64,000 nt of DNA. Origin: Bythopirellula sp. (GTDB lineage: Bacteria > Planctomycetota > Planctomycetia > Pirellulales > Lacipirellulaceae). Numbering within the stretch: the stretch's first letter is position 1; each line of letters opens with the position of its first letter. Of the stretch, positions 32,036 to 42,587 are shown one piece after another. The notes below the pieces were generated by a model. It was not told the DNA's origin. It did no database searches and was given only the letters and a program-made list of their open reading frames with translations. The translations under genes were made by a program, and so were the position numbers. The DNA lies in assembly GCA_965216565.1 (NCBI GenBank), contig OZ244170.1:512001-576000 (forward strand), given 5' to 3'.

Positions 32036-32446
32036 CTAGTGAAGTACAGCATGCTCTAAAGCCAGAACGAGCCTATTAAGAGAAGTTGATAGCCTCTTTT
32101 GATTAAGTGGCTTTAGGAGCACATCGTCACACCCTGCTGCAATTAGCCTGTGTGTCCAATCAGATTTGTTGGTTATTGCAAGAATGTACTGGAATGAGTC
32201 CTGAAGCCTTATTCTGATTGCGTCAAATAGCTCAGCCTCTGAGACACTTAGTAGTGGCACATCAAGTATGAGACAGCTACTTTGCCAGCTAGACTCAGAG
32301 GCTATGAGATCAGAGTGCCGTACTTCTAGTAGCTTTGCGTTTAGTCTTTCAGTCTGTTTCTTTAGCAGCAACCGCATAGCACGGTGCTCAGGCTCTGTAT
32401 GGTCATAATGACCAACTACCAAAATGCTTGGATAGGTGTGGGCCAT
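32036..32446 (-). CDS. Degenerate response-regulator receiver-like protein
   Basis: CLILD and AGCDDVLLKP receiver-type motifs. Confidence 0.55.
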   Translation of the reverse strand: MAHTYPSILVVGHYDHTEPEHRAMRLLLKKQTERLNAKLLEVRHSDLIASESSWQSSCLILDVPLLSVSEAELFDAIRIRLQDSFQYILAITNKSDWTHRLIAAGCDDVLLKPLNQKRLSTSLNRLVLALEHAVLH

Positions 32447-32615
32447 AAGTAGTTAAGAACGTTAGAAGTAAGCCTCATCACATTGACCGAATCAAGGCTC
32501 TCATTTCGTTTCGATGCTTAGAATATGAAATTGTGTGCAGAACCCTGGCAAATTATTGCCATGGCAGCATTTTGTCAGATGGCAATTGCTTACCACGACA
32601 TCTATCTTTTTAGGC

Positions 32616-32828
32616 ATGGATATTGAGGAGCTGGTTAGAGAAGAGTTCAAGCGCGGCAAGTATTCGTATCGGGATGCTGCAAATGAGACTGGCCTTACGA
32701 GAGCAACGATTAGAAGTTTCATCCAAGATGAGAGAGATGTGAGGTACTCAACCCTTAAGAGGATAGCCACCTATGTTGGAGTTGAGATTGTGGGCCGCAA
32801 GAGACGCCATAGAGGCGTAAATACATAA
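32616..32828 (+). CDS. Small XRE/Cro HTH protein
   Basis: SYRDAANETGLTRATIRSF..STLKRIA. Confidence 0.7.
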   Translation: MDIEELVREEFKRGKYSYRDAANETGLTRATIRSFIQDERDVRYSTLKRIATYVGVEIVGRKRRHRGVNT

Positions 32829-33310
32829 TCAGAATTACTGAAGCATAAATTCGATCCCTGCAGATACGCTTGAATTCGTAGTCGCTTAGTTAAAGCAAGC
32901 GACTAGTTCACAGTGTGGGTATACATCTTTGAGGGCTGTCCTTGTGCGGGGCAGCCCATTTTGCATCTGACCTTGTCTGATAGCCCTAAGACTCGCTTCT
33001 CTTCCTAAGTTAAGGGGCTGTCTCAATCTGTTCGTTAGGGTCTTTCTCGGAGGTAATCTCCCGAAAATTCCAAGTTTTTTTGCTTACGTACTCATGTTGC
33101 AGGACAATAGTAAGCATAAACCAGCCGACTGATTTGGGTCGGAACAAAAGGAACAACAGATATGACAGCAGTAGCAGACGCACTTCGAACAGCCGAGTCC
33201 CAGAGAATACCTTCAATGCAGGAGCTAGAGGCAGGGCTGCAGATGACAGCCTCAGAGATAAAAAAACAGATAATTGCCGAACTTGATGCAGCTGGAGCAG
33301 AATGGTACCC

Positions 33311-34671
33311 GGAGGTGGACCCCATTAGTTGGACAGTAAACAGGGTTGTATAAGAGTTGCTTTCGGTAGGCCCGCCAGCCCCCTCACAGGGCTGGCGCGG
33401 CCGGCTTTCGTCAATTGGTTGCTTGTGTACCGTTTGATGTCCGCCTTCTCGCAAAATTTTTCGTATTAGATGGGTCGTCATTTCGGTGGCTGTGGCTTCA
33501 GTTTCGCTTGCCATAAACATCTGCAGGCGTGCGATATCCCAGCGCCTGGTGAATGCGTTCGTGGCAATAGAATTCGAAGTAGGCCGTGAGGCTTGCTTTC
33601 GCTTCCCAGCCATCACCATAGTCTTTCAGATATACCTCCTCGTACTTCACCGTACGCCACAGACGTTCGACAAACACGTTGTCTAGTGCCCTGCCACGTC
33701 CGTCCATGCTAATCGATACACCGCGTGTAGAGAGTCGATTGGTAAACTCTGTCGCGGTGAATTGACTGCCTTGGTCGCTGTTAAATATCTCGGGTTGCTT
33801 GGTAGACAACGCCTCGTCGAGCGCCTCTAAACAAAAATCGATTGTGAGCGTGTTGGAAAGCCGCCAGCTCAGCACGAACCGGCTGTACCAATCCATCACC
33901 GCGACCAGATACAAAAAACCTTGTTGCATCGGCAGGTAGGTGATATCGGTACTCCAAACCTGATTGGGACGAATAATTGCCACATTTCGCAGTAAATACG
34001 GGTAAATCTTGTGTCCAGCACCTGGACAAGTGGTGCGATGCTTTGGATAAATCGCTTCGATTCCCATCAGTCTCATCAGACGCTGAATTCGCTTGCGATT
34101 GACGCCAAACACTTCTGACATCTTTCGGCTGCCGTAAAACGGTGTCTTGAGATACTGCTCGTCGATGGCGCGCATCAGTTTCAGGTTTTCGGTCGTTTCG
34201 CCCAGAGGTTCGTAGTACCACGTCGAGCGAGGTAGACCGAGCAACTCGCATTGGCGAGCTACGCTCAGTTGCACATGGGCTGGATCGATCCATCGTCTGA
34301 GTTCCTTAGCTGAGCTGGGTAGATTTTTTTTTCAACCACTCGACTTCCATCTTCAAGCGGCCAATCTGTTCGTAAAGTTCTTGCTCGGCCGCAGAGTTTT
34401 CTTCCTGACGGTTACGACCGTCAGAAAACAGCTCTGCTGCTCCCGAGAGCAGTTGCTTCTTCCAGGCCGTCACCTGGCTAGCATGAACCGCAAACTTCGC
34501 AGCCAGCTCTGCTGTCGTCTTGTCGCCACGGGCCGCTGCCAAGGCCACCTTCGCCTTGAAAACACCACTAAACACTCTTCGCTTCCGTGCCATAAACCGG
34601 ACCTCCTGGTGGACTCCCAAAGGGAGTATTCTACACCTTATAGGGTTGTCCAGTTTTGGGGGTCCACCTCA
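33311..34671 (-). mobile_element. IS3-family insertion sequence, 1361 bp
   Basis: Imperfect inverted repeats (GAGGTGGACCCC..TGGACA / TGTCCA..GGGGTCCACCTCA); 3-bp TSD CCC. Confidence 0.9.
33498..34620 (-). CDS. IS3 transposase OrfA (34306-34620) and OrfB (33498-34274) with programmed frameshift
   Basis: OrfA HTH; A9 tract at 34324-34332; OrfB WSTDITY, NSDQGSQF, DNVFVER. Confidence 0.92.
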
Positions 34672-35051
34672 CCCCGACAAAAGATCTATTCCTCGTCAAA
34701 GAACTGCAACGGTCGAAATCGACGGTGAAATGACTGAATATGGGGTCTATGTAGTTAGTAAAGAAGATTTCGAACAACAGCGATATACAAATGATAAAGG
34801 TGTTGGACTGGTGTTTTTCGACGACCAATTAATTGTACTCAACCAAGACGGCAAAACAATTTATGATAAAGAGCGGATAGCAGGGTATGGCGGTCGCCTC
34901 ATGCTAGAGAATGCTCTGTCCGTTCTTCGGCCTGAGGATTCAGCTTCTTCTGGAGATAACTGGATGGAAGATATTCAGGTAGCCCAACATGGGGCTACCC
35001 AGCAAACAGATTTGGGGAGTGTTGATTTATTTTCAGAACAAGGCTAGTTTT

Positions 35052-35294
35052 TCACCCAGCTACTTGTTCTTCTAGTCGGGCGACCTGCTCTTTAATTGTG
35101 TACTACTCCTGCTGGAGCGATTCTATCTGACTTGATACACCATCAAAATTGGTCTGTGTATCGTTTCTGAATTCGTCGAGCTTTGCTTCAAAAGATTCAA
35201 GTTGAGTGACAACCTCTTCATGAAGCAGTGTCTGGAGAGCTTCTATGTCATCTGCTGATAAGGCCATACTTTCAAATGTAGTCTTGAGCCACAA
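35052..35294 (-). pseudogene. Small coiled-coil gene with an internal TAG
   Basis: Frame continues past TAG 35103-35105 as YTIKEQVARLEEQVAG. Confidence 0.4.
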
Positions 35295-35299
35295 CCCAG

Positions 35300-35677
35300 C
35301 TACCCAAAGACTGACTTCTCAAGATTTTCTACACGCTGTTCGAGCTTCACGTAGTCGTCCTTATGAACAGAATCTCCGCGAATAGCCTCCTCCAAGAGAC
35401 CAAACCCTCGTTGAATTTGGTCTACAACTTTGTTTAGCTTAGTATCAAAACTCTCTTGTAATTTCTCAAGTTTTGTTTCTATCTTTTTTTCAAGTGAGTC
35501 GACATGTAGAACAAGCTCTGCTTGCACGGTGTCTATCTTTTTGTCAAGCTTTGCTTCCACAGTGTCAATCTTCTTATCGAGCTGTTTAACTTCAGTAGAG
35601 AGGTCTTTAACTTCAGTAGAAAGAATTCTCAGCTCACTCTTAGTTGCTGGTTCATTGGAATCATCTGCCATAGTCAA
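35300..35677 (-). CDS. Coiled-coil repeat protein (DUF1640/Bdr-like pattern)
   Basis: ATKSEL motif; tandem LSTEVK x2 and LDKKIDTV x2. Confidence 0.6.
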   Translation of the reverse strand: MTMADDSNEPATKSELRILSTEVKDLSTEVKQLDKKIDTVEAKLDKKIDTVQAELVLHVDSLEKKIETKLEKLQESFDTKLNKVVDQIQRGFGLLEEAIRGDSVHKDDYVKLEQRVENLEKSVFG

Positions 35678-35749
35678 ATCGTGTCATAGTTCGGAGTGCC
35701 AAGTCAAATTAGCAAAGGCTCCTAAGCACATGGAACAAAGTATGCGGTA

Positions 35750-37849
35750 CTAGGAGCGACGTTTCCGAGGAAACTCAAACTCAACACCGCCCTTGGTTAG
35801 AACGAGCCGTGCTTCAAAAGGCTTGCCTGCTTTTGAGGTAAATCCCTTGAGGACAGAAGATTTACCTTTATTAAGCAAGTGCACAGCTGTTGAGCGGGCA
35901 ACTTTCTTGCCAGCAACAGTTTTCCATATTGTGAATTTGCACCCATCTTTCCACCGTGAGCAGGAATAGGATTTAGTTTGTTCAGTAACAGAAGCTCCAC
36001 AGACGGGGCACTGCCCTAATGTCTTAGCTTGTGGTCGTAGAGCTTCAGGCTTAGGGAGTTGTTTCTTTGAAGCCGTCTCATTAGATCCAATAATTTGTCT
36101 AGCATACTCAGCAATGTTGTCCATGAACTGAGCTGCACTACCGTCACCGCGAGCAATCTTTGTTAGCCTTGCCTCCCAGTCACCGGTTAGCTCAGCAGAT
36201 TTTAGGCTCTCATCTTGTATGTACTGTAATAAGTAGCGCCCCTGTTTGGTTGCAGTGATTTTTGATTTAGAGCGTTTGATGTACTCACGTTTTAGCAGCG
36301 TTTCAATGACAGCGGCACGTGTTGCGGGGGTTCCGAGCCCTCGTTTCTTAAGTGCTTCACGAAGCTCTTGCTCCTCTACTTCTTTACCGGCAGTCTCCAT
36401 AGCTCCAAGCAGTGAGCTTTCAGTAAAATGCTTTGGAGGAGCCGTTTTACCTTCACGAATCGATGGCTCGTGGGGGCCAGCCTCACCCACACGAAATTCT
36501 GGCAATAGTTGGTCATCGCCTTCTCTCTCAGTACCATCAGAACTGCTATAGAGAACGGTCCAGCCAGCAGACACAACGCGAGTGCCCTTGGCTAAGAATG
36601 GAAGGTCTCTTGAGTGAGCACTAATAGAAGTTACTTGCTTAAGGCATGGTGGGTAGAAGGCAGCGATGAAGCGAGTAAGGATTTGGTCATATACTTGCTG
36701 TTGACCCTTATTTAATAAAGTTGGAATTTTCCCAGTCGGAATAATTGCGTGATGGTCAGTTACCTTTTTGTCATTAGTGATTCGAGCCGAAAAGGTGAGT
36801 GAATCAAGGTTTAAGCCACCAATTTCTTTTTGACGAAGTTTTGAGAGCTCCCTAAAGATCCCAGGGATAGTAGGCTCCATATCTTTGGTTAAATACCTAG
36901 AATCAGTTCGTGGATAAGTAACGAGTTTTTGCTCGTAGAGTGATTGTACGGCTTTTAGAGTGTCAGCCGCAGATACACCAAAACGTCTATTTATTTCTCG
37001 TTGTAGCTCAGTAAGGTCAAAGAGCTGAGGGGCTGCTGACCGCTGTTCTTTAGTCTCAACGGAGTCGATTACTAAGTCCCAACGCTTGATTCGTTTTAGC
37101 TGCTTTGTGGCAACTCTCTCCTTATCGAATCTGCCTTTTGTATAGCGAAATAGAGTTTCACGATATGCTGTCTGAAGCTCCCAGAAGGGCGTTGATTGAA
37201 AGTCCTCAATTTCAATATCGCGATTTGCAATTAGGGCAAGCACGGGTGTTTGTACTCGGCCAACGCTCCAAAGGGTTTTGTCTTGGGGGTTCTTTGCGGT
37301 GAAGTATCGAGTCCCGTTAAGCCCAACTATCCAATCCGCTTCACTCCTAGAGCGTGCAGCCGCGTAGAGGTTATCGTAGTCTGAGAGTGGACGTAAGTTT
37401 TTGAAGGCACCTCTAATCGCTTCAGGAGTAAGTGAGCTAAGCCAGAGACGTTTGGCTGGCTTTGTCGTACACCCAGTAAGGCTTAGGATGTAACGAAAGA
37501 TAAGCTCCCCTTCTCTTCCAGCATCTGTTGCACAAATGATTGTGCTTGAAGCCCGAAAGAGCTTCTTAATGACAGCTAACTGTGCTCTCGCCTGTTTATC
37601 ACCAGTAGCTTTTAGCTCAAAGCGAGGTGGAATAAAGGGTAGCCCTTCAATGCTCCATTTCTTAAGAGCTGGATCGTAGTCATCAGGTTGTTTAAGCGTT
37701 ACGAGATGGCCAAAAGCCCACGTAACTTGATACCCGTTTCCTTCAAGGTATCCGTCCTGGCGTTTAGAGCAACCAAGATGAGCCGCAATATCTCTAGCCA
37801 CAGATGGCTTTTCAGCGAGAACTACTTTCATTTGAAGTGAGCCCTTCAC
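35750..37849 (-). CDS. topB: DNA topoisomerase III (type IA) with C-terminal zinc ribbon
   Basis: AEKPSVA, ATDAGREGE, GRVQTP, TYPRTD, GLGTPATRA; start probably ATG 37831. Confidence 0.92.
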   Translation of the reverse strand: MKGSLQMKVVLAEKPSVARDIAAHLGCSKRQDGYLEGNGYQVTWAFGHLVTLKQPDDYDPALKKWSIEGLPFIPPRFELKATGDKQARAQLAVIKKLFRASSTIICATDAGREGELIFRYILSLTGCTTKPAKRLWLSSLTPEAIRGAFKNLRPLSDYDNLYAAARSRSEADWIVGLNGTRYFTAKNPQDKTLWSVGRVQTPVLALIANRDIEIEDFQSTPFWELQTAYRETLFRYTKGRFDKERVATKQLKRIKRWDLVIDSVETKEQRSAAPQLFDLTELQREINRRFGVSAADTLKAVQSLYEQKLVTYPRTDSRYLTKDMEPTIPGIFRELSKLRQKEIGGLNLDSLTFSARITNDKKVTDHHAIIPTGKIPTLLNKGQQQVYDQILTRFIAAFYPPCLKQVTSISAHSRDLPFLAKGTRVVSAGWTVLYSSSDGTEREGDDQLLPEFRVGEAGPHEPSIREGKTAPPKHFTESSLLGAMETAGKEVEEQELREALKKRGLGTPATRAAVIETLLKREYIKRSKSKITATKQGRYLLQYIQDESLKSAELTGDWEARLTKIARGDGSAAQFMDNIAEYARQIIGSNETASKKQLPKPEALRPQAKTLGQCPVCGASVTEQTKSYSCSRWKDGCKFTIWKTVAGKKVARSTAVHLLNKGKSSVLKGFTSKAGKPFEARLVLTKGGVEFEFPRKRRS

Positions 37850-37955
37850 GAAAGATGGGTAAGTGTTGTTGCCGGATTGATTGTAATGGTCTTTAGGAGC
37901 AAGTTGAATCCCCGCGTCTCAAGGCAAAGAATGCCTAAAACGCGGGGCGACAATG

Positions 37956-38429
37956 CTAGTAGAAACTAGGCTGCCTCTTTACTTTCTGTGGTGGACTTAG
38001 GTTTCCAATTCTTTGCACATTTTCTAAGAGATGATGTAGGGCATCCTTTAACTGAATACGGTCAAGAAAAGTGACTGACTCCAGATTGCTTCCCTGCTTA
38101 AGTAGTCTAACTACGAGAGCTAGCCGGTTCTCGAATTGCTCACTTAGGTATTCGAGACGAAGGTCGCCACTAGCTGATTGGTTGTCTAGAAATCGGCCTA
38201 AGGTATCACTAGCGTGTTGAAATAGGTCAATGTGATCCCAAACGCCACTTAGAGCATCTTCCTTATTCGGCCCTCCAAGCTCAGAGACGAGTATTGTAAG
38301 TGTTCTTTTAAGACGGTGCGTTAACCCAGCCAATCCGTCTTGATGTGTGTTGTCAAACAGGCAGGTTCCTAGAGTCCCAGGACCAGAAAAACTACCAAGT
38401 GATGAGTTTTTCGTATGTACTTGTTGCAT
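37956..38429 (-). CDS. Hypothetical protein
   Basis: GGAG RBS; 157 aa. Confidence 0.5.
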   Translation of the reverse strand: MQQVHTKNSSLGSFSGPGTLGTCLFDNTHQDGLAGLTHRLKRTLTILVSELGGPNKEDALSGVWDHIDLFQHASDTLGRFLDNQSASGDLRLEYLSEQFENRLALVVRLLKQGSNLESVTFLDRIQLKDALHHLLENVQRIGNLSPPQKVKRQPSFY

Positions 38430-38471
38430 TTCTATCTCTCCATTTAGTCACACTGTGTATTGATGGAGTCG

Positions 38472-39371
38472 CTATGCTGCTTCTAGTACGTCCTCCTTAT
38501 CAGTGGACGGCGAAGCGATGTCGTTGCTTGCGTCTAGTTCACGTGTAGTAGGTATGGAAACTGGAAATGGTGTTGGGGTTTGATACACTTTGATTGGCCG
38601 AAGACGAGTTGGTATGGCTTCATCTGGAACACGGCCCGAGATTCCGGCAACTCGTCTTGCTTCATTCACAGCACGCTTTATCGCGTGTAGCTGAACCTGA
38701 ACACCACCATACGGTTCAAAAATAGTCAGGTAGAATTCTCTTACGAACCAATGGATAGGCTTCTTGGTGGCTTGGCTAACGTAGTATTTCTTAAGCCTAA
38801 GGTATGATCTCTTCTCTATTCGCGTTCTGACTTTGCCTCTTGAGAGACCAATTGCGTAAGCAAAGAGCTTACCTCTCCATGCAAACGGAATAGTAAGGGG
38901 TGCCATCATGACATTTCTGTAGAAGCCTACTCTCTCACCAGTCTCAGGGTTTGTAGATGACGCATAGTCAAAGAATCGTGGATTGCCTGGGTTCGTAGTG
39001 AGAATAATGCGTGTGTTTTCATGGCGAATGTAGTGAATTGGAGCTTCTCCCGCTGCCTTTCTCCTAGAGCGAGTGAATCGACTGATGTTAAGACCTAGCT
39101 TGTCAATGATTCGTGCATCCTGTTCATCGGGTCTTAAAAATTCTGACGGACTAAGTTTCGCCCAAAAACGACACTCAGCACGCCCGAAATAGGTACAAAT
39201 TACTTGCTTAATGAGTCCATTAACAGAACTTGCAATACATCGGTATTTGCACTCGCCTCTACTGGGCATGAATTCCCCTCCCCCAAAGAATTTCGATGTT
39301 ATGGTGTACCTATTACTGGATGTTGCAAAAAAAGTTCCAAGTCCATGGATTGAATTGATTTCTTTTGTCAC
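38472..39371 (-). CDS. Basic hypothetical protein
   Basis: 299-aa Arg/Lys-rich ORF; start uncertain. Confidence 0.65.
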   Translation of the reverse strand: MTKEINSIHGLGTFFATSSNRYTITSKFFGGGEFMPSRGECKYRCIASSVNGLIKQVICTYFGRAECRFWAKLSPSEFLRPDEQDARIIDKLGLNISRFTRSRRKAAGEAPIHYIRHENTRIILTTNPGNPRFFDYASSTNPETGERVGFYRNVMMAPLTIPFAWRGKLFAYAIGLSRGKVRTRIEKRSYLRLKKYYVSQATKKPIHWFVREFYLTIFEPYGGVQVQLHAIKRAVNEARRVAGISGRVPDEAIPTRLRPIKVYQTPTPFPVSIPTTRELDASNDIASPSTDKEDVLEAA

Positions 39372-39430
39372 TGGTATAGGAACTTGTACCTACATCTAAG
39401 CTTTTGTCTGAGGTGCATCGCTTTCATTGC

Positions 39431-39730
39431 TCAATGCAAATAGTTGCGTTTGGCCTTGTTATTGCTCAAGAAGTTGGTGAAATCCACTACCGTACCCTCA
39501 TAGTATCTCTCACAGTAGATGGACCAAACGGCTCGCTTATAAGATCTGCCTTTGTAGAGAGTTGCTTTCAAATCATCGACCTTCACCTCAACTCACCAAT
39601 TTTGGCCAGCAAACTTTATCAACCACCCGGTGTAGGTGATGTCATTTATTGTAACGAAACTAGGAAGTCCAAGCTTTGCAACAAGTCGAACCAAATACTC
39701 CCTATAGATACACACTCTTGAAAGTCTCAT
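39431..39730 (-). pseudogene. 99-codon gene with an internal TGA
   Basis: GGAG RBS and ATG 39730; TGA at 39593-39595, then 53 more open codons in frame. Confidence 0.45.
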
Positions 39731-39819
39731 GTGATTTACTCCATCAATAAGTAAATAGAAGAGTTTTTCGGTTATTGAGAGTGCATCATGAGATGTTACA
39801 TAGAGATTGATTAGAAAGG

Positions 39820-40800
39820 TGGAAGCGGACGGTTTGGTTTGCAACCATAGGCTGCTGGCCCAAACTGTCCGAAAAGCCATGAAACCTTTGCGGGCACTGT
39901 GGAGCGACCGCAAGACCTCTTGTTGCCATGCAATGCTCCACCCAAATGTGCTGTCTGGCACACTTCGATGGAGCTACTCATTGCATCTTTCACGAACGAA
40001 AGCTGAAGCTACCCTGTAAGGGCACTCCAGGGCGTACACTTGGACGGGAAATCCCGTCGAGGCTTTCGTAGTTGTCTGTGCCAAATTGCTTTGGTACAGC
40101 ATCGGTTACCAGCCGAAGCGACAAACGAGCCAGCACTGCCTTGCACTGTAGGTTATGTTACCAACCTATGTGAGCCTTCGCTCACAGCATCGCTGATGGT
40201 CTTTACAGAACATCACTTCTACCGGAGTTACGACGGATCGCAACTCTCTTGCCTCACACTCCCCTTCTACAGCTTTTCGACATAAACATGTCTACTTCCA
40301 CCTCAATGACTAACTGAGGCACCGGAGGCTTAATTCCGGAGGCTATAGAAGTTCCCTGATTAGTCTCGAACATCAACATCTAGCTCACGTCGGTAAGCGG
40401 CATTGCCGCGATCCTTTCACCATGCGTTGCGTGCTGTCTGGCACGCTGCACTTTCCACCACGCACAGGGCGTGTCCACACTTCTCAGTGCAGTGAAGATT
40501 TCCCCTATCGAATCCACAAGCGTCGGGTATCGAAGGTGAAAGGGTTGTCCCAGTTCGGCTACTCGTCTTCTAGATGTCTCACGTGCAAGCGATTACTCGC
40601 CTTTCATGATTGAGCTTTTTGTCGCCCTGTTTCCAGGGTCGCCGCAGTTAGTCAAAACTGCGATACAATACATCACTGTACTGTAACTCCTCACGCACGC
40701 TGCGTTGCACCGTCCTTCAAGAGAAGGATTCAGGCCCCACAGACGGGATTTGAGAATGAATTCTTTCACCCGCTTTGTTCGCGACGGCCTCACACAACTA
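39820..40800 (-). ncRNA. Putative large (~1 kb) structured non-coding RNA
   Basis: Dense hairpins, nested long-range helices, GNRA loops and G-U pairs favouring the minus strand; no credible ORF. Ends approximate. Confidence 0.6.
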
Positions 40801-41203
40801 ATACAAAAGTTGTATAAGGTTTTTCTCAGTCGCCCTGATTCGTACAATTAGAAATGGGATAGAACGCTGGGATTACTCTTTTTGAGATTTACTTCAATAC
40901 AAATAAAGTAGAACAAAAAGGATTACTCCAGAACTGCAATGGGCAGCATTTTTCGAGCCTCCCTCGAACCGGATAAGCCAATCTCTTGGCCTTAATTGAG
41001 AACGAATTCTCAACGTTCGTCCGGCTCTACGGGCAACAGTGACGTGAATGGAAGCTACTCCATTCCCCTTAGCGTGGCTGGTAAGGGACACGTTTACCGG
41101 AAATCACTGCCCGTCCAAGTTACGCCTCTACAATGGCTGCATAGGCTATCTTCGCACATGCGAAGATTGAGGTGTTATGTAGGGAGTAAGCAGAAAGGTT
41201 GCA

Positions 41204-41566
41204 CTATTTCATGGGGACTGCTGGCCTACGTGTAAGGCGTTGCGTCCTTGGATCTACCATGATGCCAACTGATTCAAGAGCTGTACAACCAAGTATTGGC
41301 TCACAGTCATCGGGTCCGAATACCACAGTTGACCCGACTACTTCTCCCATGAACTCGATTCGAGCAGGTGCAGCATCGTAGGTCACTTGAGTTTCGTCTG
41401 CCAGTTCATAGGTACGTTGAGTTTGAGCTGTGAATCCAATTTCACGAAGCTTGTTGCCTGGTATCAGTGAATCAACAGAGCCAGTATCAACTAAAAATAG
41501 TTCTTCATAGAAACGATCTGGTTCAGCAGGATTTCTAACAAGTGCGGTTACATGTGTAAGTCCCAT
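41204..41566 (-). CDS. Clan AA (retropepsin-like) aspartic protease
   Basis: FLVDTGS and PILG..ALE motifs. Confidence 0.85.
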   Translation of the reverse strand: MGLTHVTALVRNPAEPDRFYEELFLVDTGSVDSLIPGNKLREIGFTAQTQRTYELADETQVTYDAAPARIEFMGEVVGSTVVFGPDDCEPILGCTALESVGIMVDPRTQRLTRRPAVPMK

Positions 41567-41766
41567 ACAGCAATAGTGTCACAAAGATTTGAAAAAGTCA
41601 CGCACATAGAGCACACGCCTCATGTGTAATGACATAACGGGCGAAATGTTGTCGGTGCGAAAGCGACATCCTTTTAGTTCAACGTTCATCGGAGCACGGC
41701 GATTGTGAGTGCTGGGGGTAATTCGCTCCAATCGCGGTGTTCCTCTTTTTACTTGGAGGGGGGGTA

Positions 41767-42122
41767 TGTCTACATCTGTTAAGAAAGAGGAAGCAATAGC
41801 CACACTAAAATCGGGGCCAGTCTCAATCAACGTGTTCAAAAAGAGTGGTGACTATGGTCACTATTTAGACAGTGGGCAATTATCATATCTCTACAAAGAT
41901 TCAGCTGGTGAGACTCGGTACTCTGAATACCTAAGGTCTCAACATTGGCTACACGGTGCCTTCTGTCTGCTTCAAGCCCACATTCTTCAGGTTACTTGGC
42001 AGGCATGTAGTAGTTCAAAAACAAATATGATCTCAACCATTCTCGATTGGGCGAAGCATTCACCAGCTGAGGAAGCCTCTGATTTCGAGATGAATACAGT
42101 AAAATTGCCGCCCCCTTACTAG
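41767..42122 (+). CDS. Hypothetical protein
   Basis: GGAGG RBS before ATG 41767. Confidence 0.55.
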
Positions 42123-42587
42123 AAGCGAGCAATTTCCGGTCTTAAGAAGAGAACACTCGGAGTGTTTTCTCCTGAGGAACGGTGTGCTTCCTTTGCTTTA
42201 AGGGTTGCGTCTCATCTGACTGATGGCAGACCACAGCGTTAAGCAGCTTTCCAACCGCAAGCTTAATCTGTAGGTGCTTCAGTATCACTTGGTGAACCAC
42301 GTCAAAGGTTTGGTTCCAAGTGTGACCATAGTGTGCGTGCTTGTGACCCGTTTTTTGGGCCCTCTAGCGTTTCATGCTCATGGAAGCATACCGACCTCTA
42401 CTATTTTTTGACTCACGAGCTGCTGCTCGTCGTTCTTTTTCATTGTTGGTTACGTGTAGATGTAACGCACGCGGTCCTTTGTGGAGTTGCTATTTCTACG
42501 GCTCCACTGAGGACCGGTAGTGCCCAAACCTCAACTGAAGGTTATTTCTTTCCATTAGTCATAGTGCTTCTAAGAAAGGAGTTTCTC

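Larger units (their letters stand above)
33162..35047 (+). pseudogene. Hypothetical 173-aa gene interrupted by an IS3
   Basis: Removing the IS and one CCC joins ..GAEWYP to DKRSIP.. in frame. Confidence 0.75.

Noticed and set aside
39820..40800. Group II intron or protein-coding interpretation of the structured tract
   Set aside because: No domain V consensus or reverse transcriptase; the short ORFs there lack an RBS and recognisable motifs
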